Assembly (NCBI GenBank): GCA_965226495.1
Contig: OZ245365.1
Span: forward strand, 1,696,001 to 1,760,000
DNA from: Candidatus Marinacidobacterales bacterium
Lineage (GTDB): Bacteria; Acidobacteriota; Vicinamibacteria; Marinacidobacterales; DATDRI01
DNA: 64,000 bases
Direction: 5' to 3'
The notes below the pieces were generated by a model. The model was not told where the DNA came from and ran no database searches. It was given only the letters and a program-made list of their open reading frames with translations. Positions 31,848 to 40,815 of the stretch are shown one piece after another (position 1 is the first letter of the stretch; every line of letters starts with the position of its first letter). The position numbers and the translations under genes were made by a program.

Positions 31848-31935
31848 ATGCCACTCGACGCCGGAACCAAGCTCAGGCCCTGCAAGATCGTCGCCGCCAT
31901 CGGAGCCAGCGGGGCGGGCGAAGTAAGCCCGCGAC
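31848..31935 (+). pseudogene. decayed N-terminal fragment of a Ser/Thr protein kinase
   Basis: MPLDAGTKLRPCKIVAAIGASGAGEV resembles the typical MxLxxGTRLGPYEIxxxIGAGGMGEV kinase start. Confidence 0.6.
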
Positions 31936-31990
31936 CACCGACGATACGCTCACTTTCAAGTTTCGGTCGCGATCATCCCAAGGACAGGTC

Positions 31991-32125
31991 ACCTAACATG
32001 GGCTTGCAGCGGTCGTGGCCGTCTCTTTCTAATCGCAGCTCTGCGGGTAGTCGGCGTGGCTGCCTTCGGGCCGCTCAGTGCTGCTGCCATGCGGCCGGCC
32101 ACGCCGCTGAAGCCCACTGTTATTC
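31991..32125 (+). other. attC site 2
   Basis: ACCTAAC-atgggcttgcagcggtcgtggcc...ggccacgccgctgaagcccact-GTTATTC. Confidence 0.85.
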
Positions 32126-32266
32126 AGACGATTTTATTGGGACGCGTCGCAGCTTCCTGGAAGTCTCCGCTGCGCGCGTTTGGGGTCCACAGGTCCGAAC
32201 CAACTTCCATTGCACCCTTACAGTACTATGGAGTAAGTTGTGCTCCTTTTTCCTGGAGGAAAACCC

Positions 32267-34201
32267 ATGAAAGCTATTATCGTTCCCGCAATATTTATTT
32301 TGCTCTGTTCAGTTAGTCAGGCGGCCGAGCGCCTGGTGGAAGGAAACAGAACGACAGAGAATATTCCACCAATTAGCGCTCAGGAAATTGAACGTGCGGC
32401 ACAATACAACAGTATACGTAGAGCGTCCGTGTTGTCATGGCACCCCTCTGGCGACTCACTCCTCATCAGTACTCGATTCGCTGCTACTGCGCAGTTGCAT
32501 CTCGTGTCACAACCGATGGGCATTAGAAACCAGTTGACCTTTTACGAGGAAACCGTATCCATAGCATCATTTTCTCCCACGGCAAACCGACTTGTTTTCG
32601 AGAGAGACACAGGTGGCGACGAAGGCTACCAGGGATTTATGCTTGATCTCGATTCTGGTCGTGTTAATCAATTAACGGTAGCCAACACCAGGAACAGCGG
32701 TCTGCTCTGGTCACACGATGGTAAGCAGGTCGCGTACATGAGTAATCGTGACGATCTGTCGCGATTCGACGTTTGGGTTGCCCCTGCCGATTCACCGGAG
32801 TCGGCCCGCATGTTAGTGCAGGGAACAGGTTTTTATTGGCGGCCCATAGCCTGGTCTGAAGACGACAGTCAGTTATTGGTTATGCAAGTAGTTTCTGCTG
32901 TGGACACGCGACCCCATATCGTCGATGTAGCTAGTGGCCGCATGACACGAGTCGGACCACCTGATGAAAAGGCGGCATACACCGGTGGCAGATTCACAAA
33001 CGATGGCAACGGCATCTACATCGCCTCCGATCTAGGGTCTGAATTTACCCAGTTGAGGTATGTTGATCTTCGGGCAGGGGCAATTACTAACCTCTCTGCG
33101 GACATTCCATGGGGTGTTGAATCCATGGATCTTTCGAGCGATGGTAGAACGTTGGCGTTCACTACAAATGAGGACGGCATCTCGAGGCTCTATCTATTAA
33201 ATAGTCAAACCAACGTTTATCGACAGGTGGACGAGATTCCAACCGGGATTATATCAGGCATTCTTTTTGCGCCGGAGAATGATCGCATCGCCATTACGCT
33301 GAGCGCCGCTACTTCTGCACCTGATGTCTATGTTTATAATCCTCGCGAATCCAGCCTTACACGTTGGACCAAGAGTGAAATCGGTGGTTTGAATGCAGAG
33401 CAATTTGCCGAAAGTGAGTTAGTTCACTATCCCACTTTCGATATGGTGAAAGGTAGACCTCGACAAATCCCCGCGTTCGTATACAAGCCAAAAGGCACAA
33501 CCGGCAAACTTCCGGTTGTGATAGGTATCCACGGGGGACCTGAAGGTCAGGTAAGGCCCGGTTTTTCATCCCGCGTGCAACAAATGGTGAACGAGCTAGG
33601 TGTAATTTATATCACGCCAAACGTAAGAGGCTCTGCGGGTTATGGTAAGACCTACCTGGACCTCGACAATACCTTTAGGCGTGAGGATTCTGTTCGCGAT
33701 ATTGGAGCATTGCTGGACTGGATTGAAACCCAGGACGACATGGATGCCAATCGGGTCGGTGTTATTGGTGGTTCCTACGGTGGTTATATGGTGCTGGCTA
33801 GCATGACTCATTACAATGATCGAATTCGTGCTGCCGTAGAATTTTTCGGTATCAGCAATTTTGTCAGCTTTCTGCAAAATACAAGCGATTATCGCCGTGA
33901 CCACCGCCGTCAAGAATACGGTGATGAACGCTTGCCCGAAATCAATCAGTATTTAACCAGGACAGCACCAATGAACAATGTGGATAAGATCACCAAGCCT
34001 CTGTTTGTGCTGCAGGGAGCAAATGATCCTAGAGTGCCTCCCTCAGAGTCGGAACAAATCGTTGACGCGGTTCAAGCGAATGGTGGTGATGTCTGGGACG
34101 TATTGTTTGATGATGAAGGTCATGGTTTTCGAAAGAAAAATAATAATGACTATTCACAGGCGGCAATAACGACTTTCTTTCGGGAACATCTCCAGAATTA
34201 G
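32267..34201 (+). CDS. cassette 3: secreted S9 (prolyl oligopeptidase-family) peptidase
   Basis: GGAGG RBS, signal peptide, HGGPE, GGSYGG, GANDPRV and EGHGF; visibly lower GC than the core genes. Confidence 0.92.
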   Translation: MKAIIVPAIFILLCSVSQAAERLVEGNRTTENIPPISAQEIERAAQYNSIRRASVLSWHPSGDSLLISTRFAATAQLHLVSQPMGIRNQLTFYEETVSIASFSPTANRLVFERDTGGDEGYQGFMLDLDSGRVNQLTVANTRNSGLLWSHDGKQVAYMSNRDDLSRFDVWVAPADSPESARMLVQGTGFYWRPIAWSEDDSQLLVMQVVSAVDTRPHIVDVASGRMTRVGPPDEKAAYTGGRFTNDGNGIYIASDLGSEFTQLRYVDLRAGAITNLSADIPWGVESMDLSSDGRTLAFTTNEDGISRLYLLNSQTNVYRQVDEIPTGIISGILFAPENDRIAITLSAATSAPDVYVYNPRESSLTRWTKSEIGGLNAEQFAESELVHYPTFDMVKGRPRQIPAFVYKPKGTTGKLPVVIGIHGGPEGQVRPGFSSRVQQMVNELGVIYITPNVRGSAGYGKTYLDLDNTFRREDSVRDIGALLDWIETQDDMDANRVGVIGGSYGGYMVLASMTHYNDRIRAAVEFFGISNFVSFLQNTSDYRRDHRRQEYGDERLPEINQYLTRTAPMNNVDKITKPLFVLQGANDPRVPPSESEQIVDAVQANGGDVWDVLFDDEGHGFRKKNNNDYSQAAITTFFREHLQN

Positions 34202-34617
34202 ATGAAAACTTGGTGCCGCTGTAAGTTCAGTAGCACAGAAATAACAATTAGGTGTGTGGGTGCAATGGGAAGTTGTTCAGCACAAGCCCAGCGGCAGCAG
34301 GGGCCACAATCTCGGCAGAGAGCTGTCCACTCGGCGGAACGTCGGAGATTACAATCTGAAAGTCCCCCTTTCAACTTGTATCGCTTCCTGGTAGGTTCGG
34401 AGTTATCTTGACTCGAGAAAGGGCCTCAGCCGGCCTCGTGGAGCGACCGTTTTTCCGAGTGGCCGGGTTGTTTTCGCCCCGGGGGCCAACATTATTAATA
34501 GTAAGCTAGACTACGTGGCCTCGGTCGGAGCCTCCGGTAACAAGTCTCTGACTAAACCGCACTAGGTGGAACCGTCGCCGCTGTCGTCAGAGGTAGATGA
34601 ATGTGACGCGTGGAGCT

Positions 34618-34723
34618 GCATAACTTCGGCTGGAGCAGACGGCCGGCACCGTACGATTCGACCAACGAATCAGATCTACCTTGTCTCCAATGAAGCCGGC
34701 CGCAGCTCAGCAGCACGTTAGGC
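34618..34723 (+). other. attC site 3
   Basis: GCATAAC-ttcggctggagcagacggccggc...gccggccgcagctcagcagcac-GTTAGGC. Confidence 0.8.
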
Positions 34724-34807
34724 ATATCAGACCCGATGATTCTAAGGAATCCAGGGGAGTACATATGATTCGCATTGGTCTTTTCAAAGTGGTGATTCTC
34801 TCTGGAT

Positions 34808-36207
34808 GGTCAAGTCTTAATTTTCCTGTCAAATCTCCGTACGGTTCCCCGCGCTCGGTTAAGCTGCTGATTCCTCCGACGTGCCTTGCGGGAGAAGCTC
34901 GTTGCGAAGCTCCTCGACTTTCCTAGCGGCGAAGACATCCATCCTCACGCCGCGCCATTTGTTTGCGACGGCCAAGAGCACAGCGAACGAGAGTTTCATC
35001 GCGGCCTCCTCGGTGAAGAAGTGAGGAATGACCTTTGTGCGACGTTTGTGCTCTCCGAACGTGCGCTCAAGTAGATTCGACGTGCGAAGCCTTTTGTGAT
35101 GCGCCGCAGGAAGGCGTAGCGCCTGAAGACACGCTTCGAGGGTCTCTTCCATGCACTTCATCGCGCTCGGGAATCGTTGACGGTACCGAGCGATCACCTC
35201 CCGACCCTTCTTCAGCCCTTGCTCGTAGCTGTTCGCATGGAACGACTCAAGGATGGCCGCCTTGAGTTCGTCGCGCACTTCCTTCGGAGCCTTGCCCAGG
35301 ATGTTCTCGAGGCGGTGCTTCTGGCAACGTTGCTTGAGGCTTCGAGGGAAGACCTCTGCGATCGCTTTGAGCACTCCAGGATTCCCGTCCGTCACGATGA
35401 GCAACGGCTCCCTCATTCCTCGGGCCACCATCTCCTGCAAGAACCCCTTCCAGTTCTCGTAGGATTCTCGGTTGCCGACACCGATATGAAGAAGAACTCG
35501 CGTCCCATCAGCGCGATAGCCGGTCGCAACGAGGATGGGCTCTTTCCTCTCCGCTCCTTGGTGGTAGCGCAGGTACGTGCCGTCGAGCTCGAGATACAAC
35601 AGCTTCTCGTTCGAGAGATCCCGTTTTCGAAACGCCTCGAAATCCTCCGACAGACACCGTGTGACCCGGCTCACCACCGACTTCGAGACACCCGTGCCGC
35701 TCAGCACGTCCGCGAACGTCGCCTCAATGTCACGCGTCGACATCCCGTGGACGTACATCCGCGCGATCAGTTCATCGAGTTTCTCGGTCCGGCTCACGTA
35801 GGCGTCGAGAATCTTTGACTGAAACACCTTCTCTGTTTCTCGTACCCGCGGCACTTGCACCGTCACCGCTCCCTCGCCCGTGAGGACCCGATGCGACTCA
35901 TACCCGTTGCGTCGTCCCTTCTCCTTCGTCGTTGCCGGAGCGTTCTCATAGTAGTTTCGACCCAACGCCTCCGTCACCTCGCGCTCCAACGCATATTGAA
36001 GCATCATCTGAGCTCCCGACCGGACGATCTCCGAGAGATTCATCTCCCCAAATACCAGTTGTTCCTCGAACTGCTTGAGCAATCGCTGACTCGGTAGTAC
36101 CTTTCCCATGATGTATGGTTCTCCTTTTCTGTCCCCATGACGGGGACGGGTTTGAGCTTGGGGAACCATACATCGTTTTTCTTTGACAGGAATCTTAAGA
36201 CATCACC
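34808..36207 (-). mobile_element. IS256-family insertion sequence
   Basis: 26-bp imperfect IRs (GGTCAAGTCTTAATTTTCCTGTCAAA / GGTGATGTCTTAAGATTCCTGTCAAA) and 8-bp target duplication CTCTGGAT at 34800-07 and 36208-15. Confidence 0.93.
34859..36109 (-). CDS. IS256-family transposase
   Basis: RNGY, GMSTRDI, LDGTY, VTDG, QRCQKH and TSNLLER motifs. Confidence 0.93.
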   Translation of the reverse strand: MGKVLPSQRLLKQFEEQLVFGEMNLSEIVRSGAQMMLQYALEREVTEALGRNYYENAPATTKEKGRRNGYESHRVLTGEGAVTVQVPRVRETEKVFQSKILDAYVSRTEKLDELIARMYVHGMSTRDIEATFADVLSGTGVSKSVVSRVTRCLSEDFEAFRKRDLSNEKLLYLELDGTYLRYHQGAERKEPILVATGYRADGTRVLLHIGVGNRESYENWKGFLQEMVARGMREPLLIVTDGNPGVLKAIAEVFPRSLKQRCQKHRLENILGKAPKEVRDELKAAILESFHANSYEQGLKKGREVIARYRQRFPSAMKCMEETLEACLQALRLPAAHHKRLRTSNLLERTFGEHKRRTKVIPHFFTEEAAMKLSFAVLLAVANKWRGVRMDVFAARKVEELRNELLPQGTSEESAA

Positions 36208-37197
36208 CTCTGGATTGGCGGCACCGCTTGTCGCTCAGGAGCTTCACATTGCAGACATGGGCAATTGTGAGTTGGAAGCTGGTGTAGTCCTGCAGGATTG
36301 CCGCATCGCCTATCGCACGGCGGGGCAGCTCAATGGAGAACGCTCTAACGCCGTGTTGTTCCCAACATGGTATACGGGTACCACTGAGAATCTGACGCAG
36401 GTCGTCGGAGCTGATGGCTATGTGGACAGCTCGAAGTATTTCGTCATCATGGTTGATGCTTTCGGGAATGGTATCTCAACTTCGCCGTCGAACAGTAGTC
36501 GGCAGTCAGGCACGTCATTTCCTCAAGTGAGCATTAGGGACATGGTCAGACACCAGTACAGGTTGCTGACCGAGAAGTTCGGTCTCGATTCCGTAAAAGC
36601 GGTGATCGGCATCTCGATGGGCGGAATGCAAGCTTTTGAGTGGGCTGTCTCCTATCCAGGTTTTGCCGACAAGGTGATTCCGATTACCGGCTCACCGCGT
36701 CTTGCGGTTTACGATATCCTCGGATGGGAGACAGAGCTCGATCTGCTTTCATTGTATCGGAGCTGTCATTGCGAAGAAGCAGTTCAAGCGTTCGCGGGGC
36801 TGCGATTACTTGTGGGTAGGACTCCCCAGTATCACTCACGGGTGAACTCAAGAGACAAGCTGGAAGCAGTTCAGGCGCAGATTGAGGATCGGCGGCTATC
36901 CGAGGACCAGGTGGACAATCGAAGCAGCCAGCTTTACGCGATGGTGAACCACAATGTAGCTGGTCCGTACGGAGACGACATGAACGAAGCGGCAGGACGC
37001 GTACGGTCCGATTTGTTGATAATTGTTAGTGAGGAGGACCATGTGGTAACACCGACTCCTGCCCTTGAGTTCGCGCGCCTAGTGGACGCCAAGGTCTTGA
37101 AGCTGACAAGTGACTGTGGACACCTGGCCGTTTTTTGTGAAGCTGAACGGGTGGGCAATACGATTAGCCGTTTCTTGGCCAGTGAACAGCACTGAAT

Positions 37198-37288
37198 GCC
37201 TAACCCGCCGTTGCAGCGGACGATCGGCGCCGGCATTGTGGGGGAGTCAACGGTTGGTACCGCTCGCCGCTGAACGGCCCTGTTAGGC
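37198..37288 (+). other. attC site 4 (family A)
   Basis: GCCTAAC-ccgccgttgcagcggacgatcggcgccgg...cgctcgccgctgaacggccct-GTTAGGC. Confidence 0.92.
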
Positions 37289-37337
37289 CCCAAATTGACA
37301 AACCCGAACAACTCTACTATTCCAGGAGACGAGAGCC

Positions 37338-38309
37338 ATGACTAACGAAATCTTCCGTGTCTGGATGATACGAGGACTGCGAGTCACGATGCCCCTCATG
37401 TACATTCTCTTTGCGTTGTCGCCTCTCTCCCTTGCTCAGGAAGAGTTGGACGGGCGGACATTCGAGTCGGGAGAGGCGAAGCTTTATTTTGAGGTCATTG
37501 GCGAGGGGACGCGGACGCCGCTTATCGTGATCAACGGCGGGCCGGGCTTCGATCACACGTACCTACGCCTGTCCGGCGTATGGGAGGAACTCGCCCGTGG
37601 GGGCCCCGTCGTGTTCTACGACCAGCGCGGAAACGGACGGTCAAGCGTGCTGTCAGAGGGCCAGAGCTGTACGCTGCAGGACAATATTGAAGATCTCGAC
37701 GCGCTTCGTCGGCATCTCGATTACGAAAAAGTGATTCTGGTGGGGCATTCGTGGGGTGGGTACTTATCAATGGCGTACGCTGCCCGCTATCCGAAACGAT
37801 TAAAGAAATTGATACTCGTCGGTACGGCAGGGCCAAAATGGGAGGAGATTCCAGACAGTAACGGTGAACTGTGGTACTTGTTCAAGTACATCTTCCCCGA
37901 GGTCGTCGAGAAACGGTCGCGGCTCGCATTCCACGTTGCGCTCGGCGATGCAAACGCCCTTGACGAGCGTATGTCTGCCTACTTTTCGATGCTCTTTTTG
38001 TCGGAAGAGAAAAGAGATGATTTTATCTCCGGGTGTAAGGATTGCAGGTTCAACCTCCATGTAAACCGACTTGTGAATGAGGATTTGCGCCAATTCGACC
38101 TTACTCCGCAGTTGGAGCGGTTCGAGTTTCCTGCCCTCATCATTGCGGGGCGATACGACATCAACGTCGCCCCGCTTGTGTCCTATCGGATTCACCAGAA
38201 GATCCCAAAGTCGAAGTTGGTGTTCTTTGAAAGCAGCGGGCATCTGCCATTCTATGAGGAGCCTGAAAAGTTTGTTGAGGTGGTATCCACTTTCTTGAAT
38301 GGTAGTTAG
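37338..38309 (+). CDS. cassette 5: exported proline iminopeptidase-like alpha/beta hydrolase
   Basis: NGGPG, YDQRGNG, GHSWGG and SGH motifs; signal peptide ending SLA. Confidence 0.85.
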   Translation: MTNEIFRVWMIRGLRVTMPLMYILFALSPLSLAQEELDGRTFESGEAKLYFEVIGEGTRTPLIVINGGPGFDHTYLRLSGVWEELARGGPVVFYDQRGNGRSSVLSEGQSCTLQDNIEDLDALRRHLDYEKVILVGHSWGGYLSMAYAARYPKRLKKLILVGTAGPKWEEIPDSNGELWYLFKYIFPEVVEKRSRLAFHVALGDANALDERMSAYFSMLFLSEEKRDDFISGCKDCRFNLHVNRLVNEDLRQFDLTPQLERFEFPALIIAGRYDINVAPLVSYRIHQKIPKSKLVFFESSGHLPFYEEPEKFVEVVSTFLNGS

Positions 38310-38319
38310 GTCAACTTTG

Positions 38320-39636
38320 TGTGAGCAACCGGGAACATAGCTAACAGAACGTCCGGGGACATGGTTAACACTTTCCACGGAGAGAGGGTGCCCCGGTGAT
38401 GGTTTTGTTTCGTTCGTCGAAACGTCCGAGTAGAGTGTCGTAGTAGAGGATGTTCCAGATGGCGTCTTGTACTTCCTCGAGCGCGATGTATTCGCCGTTG
38501 AGCGCCTGTGAGAGGAAATGTTGCCCTGAGTGGAGTCGGAAGGTACCGGCGTTGCTGACGCGTCGGACTTCAACATGGCCGGGATACTCAGGTGGTGTGA
38601 TCTGTTCTGGATAGAGGCGTGTTGATGGAGTCCAACGTGAAGCGGGTGTTTCGTCATCGATAGCCTCGTGAGGTCGAATGTCGTTGTAGGTTTTGCGGAA
38701 GTCGTTAAACACGCGCTGCTGGATGTTGAAATTGGCAGCGGGTGGTTTGGTGGCGCGCGCTTTGAGAGTTCTGTGCATGCGTTCATGAGCACCATTCTGC
38801 TGAGGATTGCCTGGATTGATTCTCTGATGGGTGATCCCGAGCTGGAGCCACCAAACGTTCAACCGACTGAGGCCGTGAATACCTGTGGAGGCAAACGGGG
38901 AGCCGTTGTCACTGCGGATGGCATCGGGAAGTCCATGTTGACGAAACAAGGACAGGAACTGGCTCTTGACAGCTTTTCCGCGCACGTCGGGGAGTCCGTA
39001 GCAGCAGAGCAGATAGCGGCTGAAGTGGTCGACGATGGTCAAGGGGTAGCAGTAGAGGCCGTTGCGCATACGGAACTGGCCCTTGAAATCGACGGTCCAA
39101 ATCTGGTTGGGTGCGGTGGTGTTGAAGGGAGCGGCGCCGGGATGTTTCCATCGTCGGTGGTGCCGCCGAGAGCGGACGCGGCCATGCCGCTCGAGAATGT
39201 CGAAGACCGTGCTGCGGGCGGGCCAGGCCCGGTCCGGAAAACGCTTCCGGAGTCGTTTCAGCACCTTTCGGGCGCCCCATCCATAGCGACGGTTCTCCTC
39301 CAGAATCAATTCCACGAGCTCGTCCGGAGTCTGATGGGGACACGAGCGCGGTGCCCTACTGTGGTCGTGGAGCCCGCTGGCTCCGCTCTGGCGGTACCGA
39401 TTAAGCCACTTGTAGCCGGTGTTCCGGCTGATACTGTAGCGGAGGCACAGCTCCGTCATCGTCCAGTGTTCGCTGCTAAAATCGTGGATAAAGTGACGTC
39501 TTTCGAGCATAGGGTTGGTCTCCAGCCAGGGCATCCATCCTCCTCCTTTAGGGATGGAGAAAGTGTCACCCATGTGCCCGGACACCTGTAACCTATGTAC
39601 CCCGGTTTTACCGTCACCCATGTCGGAGGCCTAACC
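38320..39636 (-). mobile_element. IS481-family insertion sequence (ends approximate)
   Basis: Repeated ccggg.acat(a/g)g.t(a/g)aca subterminal motifs in inverted orientation at both ends, flanking the transposase. Confidence 0.8.
38365..39534 (-). CDS. IS481-family transposase
   Basis: MPW start, WTVDFKG, RSDNG and QNGAHERMHRTLK DDE motifs. Confidence 0.92.
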   Translation of the reverse strand: MPWLETNPMLERRHFIHDFSSEHWTMTELCLRYSISRNTGYKWLNRYRQSGASGLHDHSRAPRSCPHQTPDELVELILEENRRYGWGARKVLKRLRKRFPDRAWPARSTVFDILERHGRVRSRRHHRRWKHPGAAPFNTTAPNQIWTVDFKGQFRMRNGLYCYPLTIVDHFSRYLLCCYGLPDVRGKAVKSQFLSLFRQHGLPDAIRSDNGSPFASTGIHGLSRLNVWWLQLGITHQRINPGNPQQNGAHERMHRTLKARATKPPAANFNIQQRVFNDFRKTYNDIRPHEAIDDETPASRWTPSTRLYPEQITPPEYPGHVEVRRVSNAGTFRLHSGQHFLSQALNGEYIALEEVQDAIWNILYYDTLLGRFDERNKTITGAPSLRGKC

Positions 39637-39643
39637 GGTCGAG

Positions 39644-39763
39644 GCCTAACCTGGCGTTGCAGCGGACGGCACAAAGCCTTCGTGAAGGCATGAGACTCCT
39701 GGAAGAAGGGCTTCAGCTTCGGCAACGACATCACCGTGCCGCCGCTGAACGGCCCTGTTAGGC
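39644..39763 (+). other. attC site 5 (family B)
   Basis: GCCTAAC-ctggcgttgcagcggacggcac...gtgccgccgctgaacggccct-GTTAGGC. Confidence 0.9.
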
Positions 39764-39793
39764 GGCATGAGCCTTACCGAAAGGGAGAGACTA

Positions 39794-40774
39794 ATGAAGT
39801 ACCGTGTGACTACTATTGCCAGCGTCCTTCTGCTCGTTTGGAATAGTCAACCCATCGCTTGGGCGGGAGTCGCCTCCCCACAGAAAGAAGGAGGAGTGGT
39901 CGAGTCGCTCAAGGTCACCATATTGTCTACGATGCTTGCCGATCGCGGCATCGGTGAGTGGGGCTTCGCGGCGCTAGTCGAAGCGGACGGGCAAAGAATT
40001 CTCTTCGACACGGGTAGACGACCCGACACGGTGCTCGAGAATGCCAAGGAGCTGGGAGTGGCGCTGACTGGCATCCGGGACGTCATTCTGACCCACAACC
40101 ACGGCGATCACACTGGCGGGCTGTTGACCTTGCGGCGCGAGCTTGCAAAGGACGACCCGGATGCTCTTTCCCGTACACACGTGGGCCGGGGAATCTTCTG
40201 GAAGAGACCGCGCAATACCAGCGAGCGAAGTATGCCGGCCGTGAAGGACGCGTACGAGGAGCTGGGTGGACGCTTCATTGAGCACAGTAGACCCGCCGAG
40301 ATACACCCCGGCGTCTGGATTACCGGACCCGTACCTCGCACCCACCCCGAGCGCAATTACGGCGCGACAGGTCGGGTCCAGGCACCGGACGGTCTTGTTG
40401 AAGACACCATTCCGGAAAGCCAGTCGCTGGTCATCAACACGAAGCGGGGCCTCGTTGTGATCTCGGGCTGTGGTCATGCTGGCATTATCAACACGCTGGA
40501 GTATGCGCGCACGATAGTCCGCCAAACGTCTGTCCACGCTGCCTTGGGCGGCTTCCACCTGTTCCGGGCGAGCGACGACCATCTTGCGTGGACCGCAGAG
40601 GAGCTTCGCGCGATGCGTTTGGAACATTTTCTCGGAGCTCATTGCACAGGTATCGAAGCCGTGTTCCAGCTTAGGGGGGCAACGGGACTGACTAGGGAAA
40701 TGGCGGTCGTTGGGGCGGTTGGTGCCTCGTTCTCGTTGGAGACGGGTATCGACCCACTTGCACTGGCGCGATGA
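39794..40774 (+). CDS. cassette 6: exported MBL-fold metallo-hydrolase
   Basis: LFDTG, THNHGDH, SGCGH, GGFH and AHCTG motifs; signal peptide. Confidence 0.88.
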   Translation: MKYRVTTIASVLLLVWNSQPIAWAGVASPQKEGGVVESLKVTILSTMLADRGIGEWGFAALVEADGQRILFDTGRRPDTVLENAKELGVALTGIRDVILTHNHGDHTGGLLTLRRELAKDDPDALSRTHVGRGIFWKRPRNTSERSMPAVKDAYEELGGRFIEHSRPAEIHPGVWITGPVPRTHPERNYGATGRVQAPDGLVEDTIPESQSLVINTKRGLVVISGCGHAGIINTLEYARTIVRQTSVHAALGGFHLFRASDDHLAWTAEELRAMRLEHFLGAHCTGIEAVFQLRGATGLTREMAVVGAVGASFSLETGIDPLALAR

Positions 40775-40815
40775 CTTGATTCGGAACCGCGCGATTCCCA
40801 CCTGGGACGTGCCGT

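Larger units (their letters stand above)
34765..37195 (+). pseudogene. cassette 4: exported homoserine-O-acetyltransferase-like alpha/beta hydrolase, signal peptide split by IS256
   Basis: MIRIGLFKVVILSG (from 34765) joins LAAPLVAQEL once the IS is removed; GISMGG nucleophile and CGH motif. Confidence 0.8.

Noticed and set aside
34239-34290. AAATAAC after the S9 peptidase as an attC
   Set aside because: No convincing complementary arms; the site at 34618-34723 fits better.
37295-37323. TTGACA-containing promoter in cassette 5
   Set aside because: The best -10 (TACTAT) is only 14 bp away, so the spacing is unconvincing.
39794-40774. Cassette MBL-fold gene as a metallo-beta-lactamase resistance gene
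   Set aside because: The GCGH/GGFH/HCTG motifs fit a different MBL-fold subfamily, not the B1-B3 lactamases.
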